From Spirochaetia bacterium (GTDB taxonomy: Bacteria; Spirochaetota; Spirochaetia; UBA9216), in the NCBI GenBank assembly GCA_965140585.1, contig OZ223272.1, forward strand, positions 1 to 64,000: a stretch of DNA of 64,000 nucleotides, in the 5' to 3' direction. Positions 39,058 to 48,184 of the stretch are shown here, piece after piece. Within the stretch, counting starts at the first letter, position 1. The number at the start of each line of letters is the position of its first letter. A model generated the notes under the pieces. The model saw nothing but the letters and a program-made list of their open reading frames with translations. It made no database searches and was not told where the DNA came from. Position numbers and translations under genes: made by a program.

Positions 39058-39746
39058 CAGCTGCCCCTTCCGCCGAATGCCAGTCTTGCTACAATTATCG
39101 GAGTGATAAAAAACAGGACTGACAGGACACCGTACTCAGGATATGTTATTGCAATAATTACTGCTGCAAAGCTGGCCGGAAGAGCGTCGGCATAATAGGG
39201 TTTGAATACATCAATAAGGTATCGGAAAAAAGAACGGCCTTCTTCAAGTCTGTAAAAAAGGGCGTTGAAAACACAGGAAACCAGAAAGAAAACAGGGGCG
39301 GTGATTAAAGCCGGAAGGATGGAGGTTCCTCCTGCTGCAGCCGCTGTATATATGTAGAGCCGATCCACCAAAAAAAGAATTATTATAAAATGCGAAACAT
39401 TAAAAATAGTCAGTCTGGGCGGTGTTGTAAGAATATAACTGAGGCCTTTCTCCTGTTTTCGTACGGTAAAAAGTGCTGTAGCAAGTATGCAGAACAAAGA
39501 AGCAACAGGCCCGCCGGAGAGGTAGGCTCCGAAAAAAACAGCCTCTATTGTTGAGATATAGATGTTTCCGCTGGAAATATACACCGAGAAGGATTCACTT
39601 AAAACAGCAAGAACAGACCAGACGATAATAACAGAGATACTGTAATCGGCAGGCTGACTTCCTGAAAAAATAAGAATTGCGCACAGAACAGCTGCTGTGG
39701 AAATAATGATAAGAAAAAGCAGAGCGCCGCGCGGATAAACATTCAT
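39057..39746 (-). CDS. Stand-alone 7-8 TM membrane sensor-like protein (resembles the N-terminal membrane domain of HD-GYP proteins)
   Basis: AVLSES...YISTIEAVF..G..L.GGP...FN.SH...PIIVARL; stop overlaps the downstream ATG. Paralog at 42258-42955. Confidence 0.75.
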   Translation of the reverse strand: MNVYPRGALLFLIIISTAAVLCAILIFSGSQPADYSISVIIVWSVLAVLSESFSVYISSGNIYISTIEAVFFGAYLSGGPVASLFCILATALFTVRKQEKGLSYILTTPPRLTIFNVSHFIIILFLVDRLYIYTAAAAGGTSILPALITAPVFFLVSCVFNALFYRLEEGRSFFRYLIDVFKPYYADALPASFAAVIIAITYPEYGVLSVLFFITPIIVARLAFGGRGS

Positions 39747-40044
39747 AAATCAAAACTCCACAACTCGTTTCCGGACGAATTTGTAAAGAAACATGTTAAA
39801 CAAAGCTGAAACGGAAAGCTGCGTCCTGCCTCTATGATACATTTTCAAAAGGACAACAGTCAACAAAAACGCAAAAGTATCGGGAGAAAAATTATGAACC
39901 GGAGCAAAAAGTGCAGTTTTAAAGAAACTAAAATTTAAAATATGGCAGTCAAGGCTGAATATAAACAGCCGGATTTAATCGCCCTGTTGAAGAAAGAAGC
40001 CTCCAGAACTATACTGACTGATGTAAATCCGGAGGCATCTTTTT

Positions 40045-41295
40045 ATGGACAGCAGTCTTTCATCATTACTTTCAAATCTCGGCCTTGGCAACTCTCTTGC
40101 TGGTATTCTGAGTATACTTCTTCTTTTTGCCGGACTGATTTTAGCAAGCCTTATCCTTAATTTTATAATCAGCAGAATTGTAATATCAATTCTTTCCCGC
40201 ACGGTTAAACGCACGAAAACAAAGTGGGATGACATACTGCTTGAAACAGGGCTTTTTCAGAAGGCTGTAAAGATAGTCCCCGGACTGTTTCTATATTTCA
40301 GCTTTCCCCTTGTTTTCCGGGAAGCCGGCAGCCTTGAATCATGGTTTCAGAGACTGGTACTTGCCTACATAATCCTTGTTGTTCTGAATGTATTCAACTC
40401 CTTTCTTACCGGAGTAAACCGAATATATACTACCTATGATATTTCCAAAAACAGGCCAATCAAGGGCTACCTGCAGATCGTCAGAGTCATTGCCGCCATT
40501 ATGGTGATTGTTCTGGTCATCTCGATCCTGATCGACCGATCAGCCCTCGGATTGCTGTCGGGAATCGGAGCCCTTTCGGCAGTTCTTATGCTGGTATTCA
40601 AGGATTCAATACTCGGGCTTGTAGCCGCCATTCAGCTGTCGGGAAACGATATGGTAAGAATCGGCGACTGGATTAGCGTGCCGGACCAGGGCGCGGACGG
40701 TGATGTAATTGATATCAAGCTCCAGACAGTTACCGTACAGAATTTCGATAAAACCATAGTAAGTGTGCCCATCTACAATCTAATTTCAGGTTCATTTACA
40801 AACTGGCGCGGGATGAGTGAATCCGGCGGGCGAAGGATAAAGAGGCATATTAATATAGATATGAACAGCGTTAAATTCTGCACTGATGACATGCTGGAAG
40901 ATTTCCGGCAAATTGATCTCATTAGTGATTTCATACCAAAGAAAAAAGAAGAGATTGATGCCCATAATGCAGGAAAGGGGGTCAATACCGCCCGCGAACT
41001 CAACGGACGTCGGATGACCAACCTGGGAGTCTTCAGGGCCTACCTTGCAGCTTACCTGCGGGATAATCCAGCCATACACGAAAATATGACCTTCCTTGTC
41101 CGCCAGCTTCAGCCGACCGACAAGGGTATCCCGTTGGAAATATACGTATTCAGCCGTGACCAGGTCTGGGCGAACTACGAAAACATACAGGCAGATATAT
41201 TCGATCATATACTTGCCTCAATACCCTTCTTCGAGCTTGCAGTGTTTCAGTCTCCATCAAGCCTTGATTTCAGAAAGAGTTTTGCCGGGAAATAA
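40045..41295 (+). CDS. Mechanosensitive channel, MscS family (YbdG/MscM-like)
   Basis: FKDSILGLVA, VRIGDWI, NWRGMSESGGRRIKR and VRQLQP motifs. Confidence 0.93.
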   Translation: MDSSLSSLLSNLGLGNSLAGILSILLLFAGLILASLILNFIISRIVISILSRTVKRTKTKWDDILLETGLFQKAVKIVPGLFLYFSFPLVFREAGSLESWFQRLVLAYIILVVLNVFNSFLTGVNRIYTTYDISKNRPIKGYLQIVRVIAAIMVIVLVISILIDRSALGLLSGIGALSAVLMLVFKDSILGLVAAIQLSGNDMVRIGDWISVPDQGADGDVIDIKLQTVTVQNFDKTIVSVPIYNLISGSFTNWRGMSESGGRRIKRHINIDMNSVKFCTDDMLEDFRQIDLISDFIPKKKEEIDAHNAGKGVNTARELNGRRMTNLGVFRAYLAAYLRDNPAIHENMTFLVRQLQPTDKGIPLEIYVFSRDQVWANYENIQADIFDHILASIPFFELAVFQSPSSLDFRKSFAGK

Positions 41296-41399
41296 TCAAC
41301 TTAGTTGTTTCCGTACGATAGTACTCTCAATTTATTGAAAAGTGACATTCTTTATAATATCCATATCATAAAGAATGTTAATTTTGAGAGGAAAGTAAT

Positions 41400-42146
41400 A
41401 TGAAAAAAACTATCATCCTTATTTTATGCTTTTTAACAGTATTATTCTCAGCATGCGATCCAGACGCCGGAGCGGATCTGCCTGAAGAAAAACCGACCGA
41501 ATCTACAGGCACACCTGCTCCGACACCCAGTGTATCCGAGCCTATCGTGTACTGTGCCGGGATAGACGGAACAACCGGAGTCTACTGGAAGGATAACGGT
41601 TATGATGCCATAGAACTGGTAGTCCTTGAACACGGATGGACTTCCGGTGCTGAATCAGACTCTACTGTGAACGATATATTGGTTTCCGACGGAAAAGTAT
41701 ACATGGCAGGAGTCTATTTGGACACAGATACTCCATATCCGCAGGCAAGTCTGTGGACTGCTGACACTGATACTTCCTCACCAAATATAGTCAGAACTAC
41801 TCTGTCTAATGACAATAAACAAGCAGAGGCTAAAGCTGTTTTTGTCTACAGCACCGATGTTTATATATGCGGCTCAGGAGAGAGAGATACAAGCACTTCA
41901 AAGGCCATGTACTGGAAAGACAGGGAAATAAAGGAAGTCATCGGTGCCCCGGAAGGTTCACATGCTGTGGCAATCGCGGTTCCCAGCGCCAATGTTTACA
42001 CAGCAGGTTCTCATGGTATTGAATCCTACACTGCAACAAACGGACCGACTACCACTGTAGCCGCTTATTGGATGGACAATATTAAGTATGATCTTACAAA
42101 TGGGTCAGAAAATGCCCATGTATATGATATGACAGCTGTACGATAG
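41400..42146 (+). CDS. Lipoprotein with repeated VY.AG...YWKD beta-propeller-like units
   Basis: Lipobox LFSAC, P/T linker, repeats GVYWKDN, ASLWTAD, AMYWKDR and AAYWMDN. Confidence 0.75.
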   Translation: MKKTIILILCFLTVLFSACDPDAGADLPEEKPTESTGTPAPTPSVSEPIVYCAGIDGTTGVYWKDNGYDAIELVVLEHGWTSGAESDSTVNDILVSDGKVYMAGVYLDTDTPYPQASLWTADTDTSSPNIVRTTLSNDNKQAEAKAVFVYSTDVYICGSGERDTSTSKAMYWKDREIKEVIGAPEGSHAVAIAVPSANVYTAGSHGIESYTATNGPTTTVAAYWMDNIKYDLTNGSENAHVYDMTAVR

Positions 42147-42173
42147 GAATCACAGTGTTTAAAGGGTAAAGTA

Positions 42174-42205
42174 AAAGCCTGCGGCAGTCTCCGCAGATTT
42201 TCTTT
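42174..42205 (+). terminator. Probable intrinsic terminator after the lipoprotein gene
   Basis: CTGCGG-cagtct-CCGCAG followed by ATTTTCTTT. Confidence 0.5.
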
Positions 42206-42206
42206 A

Positions 42207-42235
42207 TTGACGGACTCAAAAATATCTCCTATTGT
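42207..42235 (+). promoter_or_regulatory. sigma70 promoter of the second membrane module
   Basis: TTGACG-N17-TATTGT followed by SD GGGGAG and ATG 42258. Confidence 0.55.
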
Positions 42236-42257
42236 TTTAGGGGAGAAAAACAATTTA

Positions 42258-42955
42258 ATGGAATCCCGAAAACTAAAAGTATATCTTTTTTATCAGTATT
42301 AAGCGTATCTGCAGCAGCAATTCTTATATTCACCGTAAAGAAGTCTGATTTTACAGCATTGGTTCCGGCAGATATCATCATCTGGACTATTGCAGCTGTA
42401 CTAAGCGAATCACTCGCAATCTATTATGTGAACGGCAGCTTCTTTATCTCACCGATAGAAGCTGTTTTCTGCGGATGCCTCCTGTCCTGCGGACCGCTAA
42501 CCGCGGCAATCACAATATCTCTTACTTTTCTGTTAATAATAACAAAGGATGAAAACCGCTTTTGGCATGTCTTTAACACAGCAGGAAGATATATACTGTT
42601 AAATATATCGCATCATATACTGATTATGCTTGTTCTGTATCATGGCTATCATTTTATGACTACTTCAACAGCAAAGTTTCAGATCATTACTGCGATGATT
42701 ATTGCACCTTTATTCTTTACTCCATCCTGTTTGATCAATGCATTTTTCTACAAGGTTGAAGACGGAGAACCTGTCAAGCAGGCCTTCCTTGATATGTTCG
42801 ATCCTTATTATCAGACTGCTGTTCCGGCAAGCCTTGCAGCGGTAATAATTGCTATGGCATATGCAGAATACAGATATTTTGCAATTCTGATACTCATTTC
42901 ACCATTTATTGTAACACTTATCACGATGAGATCGGAAGCGAGGAAAAGCCGTTGA
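42258..42955 (+). CDS. Paralog of the 39057-39746 membrane protein; 1-nt indel in T-run at ~42290
   Basis: AVLSESLAIY..G..FISPIEAVF and PASLAAVIIA..Y.EY are shared with the first copy; N-terminus MESRKLKVYLF. Confidence 0.75.
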
Positions 42956-44774
42956 AACTCCTGCTTATTTTATACACCTCACTTCCGGCTCTGATAGCAG
43001 CAGTAATTTCAGCAGATAATTTATTTGTAAACGTATCAGGCACAGCCCTTTTTATCCTGCAAATAGTTATTGAGTTCTTTCTTCTCAACCTGGAAAAGAA
43101 ACGTCCCCTTATTATTATGACTTCAGTGCTTGCAGCGTTTTTTTCAGCCATAGTGATCTTTAGCGGATTTATTCATCAATTGATTTATTTCAGACTTTTA
43201 ATCAATCTATACCCGGGCCCTCTTCTTACAATTATCTTTGTTCTGATATTTAAACTTTCCCGTTCCCAGGATTTCTCAAAGCCGTCAAAAGGGCTGAACC
43301 GCCTTATACTTCTTCTCTTTTCGTATTCAGCTATGCTCATAATATTGCTGATACATAGCCTCCTGCAGACACCGTTGTCTGCAGGAGAAACTCTGTTGAA
43401 GCTTTATGAGGCTTTTAACTATCTACCAGCCGTTTACTTTCTATGGAAGCTTAAAAACGCATTCCTTTCACACATATTTATCGAAAATGATGAGATCAGA
43501 TATAGAAACGAAGATATTTCGTCATTTTTCAGCGAAATAGAATTATCAATCCTGAAAAAACTTATTACAGGAAGCGGAAGAATCCGATGCCGTGACATTG
43601 TTCCCATATTAAACAATAATAATGAACGCAGACAGTTTAACTGTTCTCCGGGCTCCAAGCTGGCAACAGACTGTCCAGCCTATCCGATTATATACAGGTA
43701 TATAAAAAGTCTTGATAAAAACCTCGGAAACCTGAGCATTGGAATGATTATTCCGCCTGAAAACAGAAAAAATGTGATTGAACTGGGCTTGTTCTTCAAG
43801 CCGGAAAAGGGTGTTCAGATTGTTAAGCGCAGGCCTTTTCCATTGCGAATTCCTGTTGTCAGTGAAGTATACAAGTCAGAGTCCCGGACTGATTCGGGAT
43901 TGATAACCATGCTCCTGCTTTGCATTACCGGCAGCTCCGCGCTGGCTGTTGAAGCCGTATACGGAGCAGAAGGAACACTGACCGGGGTTATCGTACCGCT
44001 TCTGATTGCAGCATTCTGTTTCATTATTATTTTTACGCTGGGCAGACCGGTAAAAGTAACAGGAAAATCCATAATAATTTCGATTAACTCGTTGGTAATA
44101 ACTACGTTTTTATTTATTAGTATACTCTCAGAACAGGAAGTTCTGATGCTGGCGATGAAAGCAATTGTACTATTCGTTCTTTGCTTGTTCCCAGTCTTGA
44201 GAAGCGCAGTAATATCAGCATGCTGAGAGAAAGAGCCTCCGACTGGCTATTCTGGCTCATATGGTTTTATATGGTGCTGCTGGCACTGTTTATTGAACCC
44301 GGGCTCACATTCGGCATCAGCAGCACTGGAATGAATCCCCCTATATTCCTGTCATTCTTCATTAACAGAATAATGTTACTACTGCTGTTCTCTCTTTCTG
44401 CACGATTCTTCAGTATGCCTCAAAAACCTCTTGTCATTAAAGATTCCATTCTGTAATTGAACGAACGACCGCTTCCTGCCTGTTCCGGAAAGGATAATTT
44501 TATAATTATTAGAGAATTCATAAACAATCATGAAGCACCCCTTCATTGCTACCGAATTCTGGACATGCTGAATAAAGAAGAAAGATCAGACTGCGGCGGG
44601 TACTGTAAATCGAGTATCTGCCCCCACTACCAGAAAATTTATAAAAGGATACAAACAATACGGAAATATTTTCAAACCACGGGAATAGGAACAGTGACAA
44701 GCCCGGAGCGGAAGGCTGAATCACATCTGGAAGGATGGAGCCTTGTTCTGTATGATGATGTCTATATAAAGTAA
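42952..44774 (+). pseudogene. Paralog of the 37171-39057 tandem TM/Cys-wHTH protein, interrupted by a frameshift (~44180) and an in-frame TAA (44454-44456)
   Basis: ORFs 42952-44226, 44181-44456 and 44457-44774 align consecutively with the 628-aa paralog (YPGPLL, YEAFNY.PAV, IGMIIPPEN, WLIWF.MV, HYQKIYKRIQTIRK). Confidence 0.75.
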
Positions 44775-44847
44775 AACCTTCGGAAACGGCTTATGAACGA
44801 TATGAGGCGGTATATCCACAACAAGGCTGAACTGATATACTTGGACC

Positions 44848-45402
44848 ATGAAAATAGCAGAAAAGACAACAGTAACGTTAAACTACATTTTAAAGGCAAA
44901 AGACGGCACCGTCCTGGAAACTACCAGTGAACAGGGTCCTGTAACAATACTCTTCGGTCACGAAATGTTCCCCAAGGCGGTAGAAGCAGCACTTGAAGGA
45001 AAATCAGCCGGAGATTCCGTGACAATTGAACTCGAAGCAAAAGACGGCTTCGGCGAAGTAATTGATGAATACATTGCCCAGGTTCCGATTTCTGAATTTG
45101 ATCAGCCTGAAAACCTTGAGGTTGGAATAGATATTATTGCCAGCGACGGTGAAAAAGAGATGATTGTGACGGTAAAAGCAATTGACGACGACATGGTTAC
45201 AATTGATGCCAATCACCCTTTTGCCGGAATGGATATCACCTTTGAAATGGGTGTAATGGAAGTCCGTGAAACAACAGAGGAAGACCTGGCCCACTTTTAT
45301 CATGACCATGATCACGAATGCGGCTGCGGATGCGGTCATGAAGGTGATGATGACTGCGGCGACGGCTGTGGTGATGAAGGCTGCTGCGGAAGCTGCGGCT
45401 GA
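44848..45402 (+). CDS. slyD: FKBP-type peptidyl-prolyl isomerase with His/Cys-rich tail
   Basis: IDANHPFAG motif; tail HDHDHECGCGCGHEGDDDCGDGCGDEGCCGSCG. Confidence 0.93.
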   Translation: MKIAEKTTVTLNYILKAKDGTVLETTSEQGPVTILFGHEMFPKAVEAALEGKSAGDSVTIELEAKDGFGEVIDEYIAQVPISEFDQPENLEVGIDIIASDGEKEMIVTVKAIDDDMVTIDANHPFAGMDITFEMGVMEVRETTEEDLAHFYHDHDHECGCGCGHEGDDDCGDGCGDEGCCGSCG

Positions 45403-46118
45403 AAAGAAAACTGCAGGCGCTTTCCTGCTGTTTACAGAGTCTGGAGGATAGGATAATATTATCGGGATTTACTACTTTTAATAATACATCAGGGATAAAT
45501 CCCTGATGTAGAATTTCACTATAATTCCAGTACAATTGGGAAATTTTCTATTTTAACTGGATTAAACCACCAACATTATCGTTCAAGCTCGTAAGAATAT
45601 AATAAATCAAGCCGAGAGCATGTCTAATAAAATGGAAATATTGCTAAATTTTTGAAAAATTGATTCTATTTTCTTCGCCACAGTCCATCATCTGCATACT
45701 CTTCATTTATTAAAAATAAATCAACTTTGGTATTCTTTATCGATACAGGAAAATTTAACTGCATGACTTATACACACCTCATAGCGCTCATAAATCCGTT
45801 TTCTAACCCCCTCGACACCAATTACGAAAGCATTTGCGTCTCCATCTTTTCTATTTCTATTTATCTCTGCCAATTTGAGCAAGTCACATAGGTGTGGGTG
45901 GGGGTTGAGATAAACATCACAGTTATTTTCCTTACAATATTCCCAGGTCTGTACACAACTATCAGCAAAAAGTAATGCCTGGGAAACAGCCCATTGAACA
46001 CTGTAAGGGTAACCGTCCTTTCCCGGATACACACCAGGTCCGAATACACCATACCCCCCAAAAAACATAATTCTATGTTTTTGCCCTCTATCCATAACTT
46101 CAAAGGAATAATTTAAGC
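45363..46118 (+). repeat. Direct repeat copy 1 (slyD 3' end, intergenic region and 3' part of the MBL gene)
   Basis: Matches 63245-64000 at an offset of 17882 bp; about 20 differences by manual comparison. Confidence 0.95.
45485..45510. terminator. Inverted repeat between convergent slyD and MBL genes
   Basis: TACATCAGGGAT-aa-ATCCCTGATGTA; also present at 63367-63392. Confidence 0.5.
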
Positions 46119-46599
46119 ATCCAGGAGTATGTCCCGGTGCAGAGACTACTTCAATTTTGTGTTCTCCAAAAGTAAAGACATCACCATCATCGACGAACTT
46201 TGTGATATGAGGCATCCTCTGCTCTTCCTGTTCACGGTTATCAACTGCCCAGACCATAAACGAAGCATCTTCTTTACTTAGAGCTACTTCACAACCGGTT
46301 CTAATGCGGACTTTATCGGCCCCCATATAATGATCAAAATGGCCATGTGTTATAAACAGTGTTAATATTTTCTCATTTTCAAATCCAAGTTTTTTTAATC
46401 CCGGAATCAGAAATTCATCATCTGCGTCGTATTTATCCATGGCCTCAAATATTATAAGGCCCTCTGTTGTTTTTAATATAAAAAATCCCACCAATTTATT
46501 TCCAACAAAGAAAAAATCATCAAAAAGTTTAACTGGTTCGATTGGTTGAAATAAAGCAGGATCAAAATCATGTTTAACAGTATTTTTAGAATTTGCCAT
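45721..46599 (-). CDS. Metallo-beta-lactamase-fold hydrolase (B3-like)
   Basis: THGHFDH, PGHTPG and NPHPH motifs; no signal peptide. Confidence 0.88.
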   Translation of the reverse strand: MANSKNTVKHDFDPALFQPIEPVKLFDDFFFVGNKLVGFFILKTTEGLIIFEAMDKYDADDEFLIPGLKKLGFENEKILTLFITHGHFDHYMGADKVRIRTGCEVALSKEDASFMVWAVDNREQEEQRMPHITKFVDDGDVFTFGEHKIEVVSAPGHTPGCLNYSFEVMDRGQKHRIMFFGGYGVFGPGVYPGKDGYPYSVQWAVSQALLFADSCVQTWEYCKENNCDVYLNPHPHLCDLLKLAEINRNRKDGDANAFVIGVEGVRKRIYERYEVCISHAVKFSCIDKEYQS

Positions 46600-46863
46600 T
46601 CTTTAATTTCCTTCAAGCTTTTAACGGTATTTTTGTTAAGTCAGAACGAATCTATGATGCCCGATTACACTGTTGATCATTTAAATTTTATCAAGGAATA
46701 TTATCGATAAACCTGAAGAATACTTTAAAACATCCTAAACTCAACACCCTAAAAGATGCTGCAGGCTTTATAAAATATTTCAACTAAAGCAATCCCTGAT
46801 TGAAAGGACGTTCTGAATGAACAAGAATAGAGCGTTTGATAATAATTCTAATGAAAGCAAAGT

Positions 46864-46896
46864 TCGATCACTATTTCATTTAGAAATAGTGATCGA
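46864..46896 (-). terminator. Hairpin downstream of dctP
   Basis: TCGATCACTATTTC-attta-GAAATAGTGATCGA, a perfect 14-bp stem. Confidence 0.65.
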
Positions 46897-46903
46897 GTTA
46901 TTA

Positions 46904-47992
46904 TTATTTTAATCCTTCTAACAATTTTTCATACAAATCTGGGTCATCGACTATAGACTTTGTTAAAAGTATTGATTCCTGCGAGGCTTTTACCATATTG
47001 TTTCTAAAATCATCACTAACCTCACACTCAATCAAACCAAATTCATCAATTAACTGTTTATGAAAACCATCCTGTTCTTCTCTAGAAATATTAAAATCAA
47101 AATGTGTGTTCTCGACAGAAACCAACTCAATTATGTTTTGATATTCAACAGGGAAACTGTCATATAGATCTTTATTAATCATTAGTTCCATACTAGGCAT
47201 CATATGATTAGTAGAGATGAGGTATTTTTGCTGTTCTGCAAGTTTTGCTACAACAAATACGGCGTATGCATTCTCACAGGCATCAACCAATCCCTGCTGT
47301 AACCCCATATACAATTCACCAAAAGATAATGGAGTTGGATTTGCGCCTAAAGATCTCCAAAACAACATTCTCGCCTCTGACTGGGGAGTTCTAACCTTCA
47401 ACCCTTTTAAATCATTCAAATTATATACAGGTTTGTTTGAGCTTAAATTCATTGAATCAACAATCTTAACGGTTAATAGTTTAAAACCCTTCTTTTCATA
47501 ATAACTATTTAGCAAATCACGGAACGGGCTCTTTATAATTACATTTTCAATTTTTTTAGTATCATAGCCTGCAAATAAAAATGGCGTATCAAATATTGCC
47601 GACTGAGGAATAATTGTTGAATGTGTGGACCCTGACTGATAAATCATTGAAATATTACCTGCCAGACATGAAGCTATTAATTCTGAATCATTTCCTAATT
47701 GTCCACCGGCATATAAATCAACGGTCATCTTTCCATCACTTGCAGATTCGAGCAGGTCCTTGAAGTTTTTCATAACTGTATATGCACTTGACATCTCGGG
47801 AGCACTGGTTGCCATAGTTAGATTGAATGTGGGTCCATCACTTGATAAAGCAGGAACTTCAGTATCACCTATTACTTTTATAGCGGCTGCTTCTTTTTCC
47901 GGTTTAACAACCTCTGCTTCCTTTTCCTTTGAACAACTGAAAAATAAAGTAAAAATTGACAATGATAATAATAGTATTAAAATTCTTTTCAT
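46904..47992 (-). CDS. dctP: TRAP transporter substrate-binding lipoprotein
   Basis: Lipobox FFSC; DLKGLKVRT, LGANPTPLSFGELYMGLQQGLVDACEN motifs. Confidence 0.92.
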   Translation of the reverse strand: MKRILILLLSLSIFTLFFSCSKEKEAEVVKPEKEAAAIKVIGDTEVPALSSDGPTFNLTMATSAPEMSSAYTVMKNFKDLLESASDGKMTVDLYAGGQLGNDSELIASCLAGNISMIYQSGSTHSTIIPQSAIFDTPFLFAGYDTKKIENVIIKSPFRDLLNSYYEKKGFKLLTVKIVDSMNLSSNKPVYNLNDLKGLKVRTPQSEARMLFWRSLGANPTPLSFGELYMGLQQGLVDACENAYAVFVVAKLAEQQKYLISTNHMMPSMELMINKDLYDSFPVEYQNIIELVSVENTHFDFNISREEQDGFHKQLIDEFGLIECEVSDDFRNNMVKASQESILLTKSIVDDPDLYEKLLEGLK

Positions 47993-48184
47993 ATATTAAA
48001 ACTCTCCTTGAATCAAATCTGAGCTAAGCTCAAAATAAGGTTTTTCAACCTCCTAATTTGACTAATAATGCAGTCAAAAGCATCTTGTCAATTCGTAAAT
48101 ATTTTTAAGGAAACAATCAAACCATATAAACTCCTCCTGCTTTAAATTATGAAAATTGATTTTCAAACATTTATATATTTACAC

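Noticed and set aside
39747-40044. Riboswitch in the module 1/mscS intergenic region
   Set aside because: Only a weak stem near the SD was found, and no recognisable aptamer consensus.
45290-45402. Low-complexity TGCGG repeats
   Set aside because: Explained by the normal His/Cys/Gly-rich metal-binding tail of SlyD.
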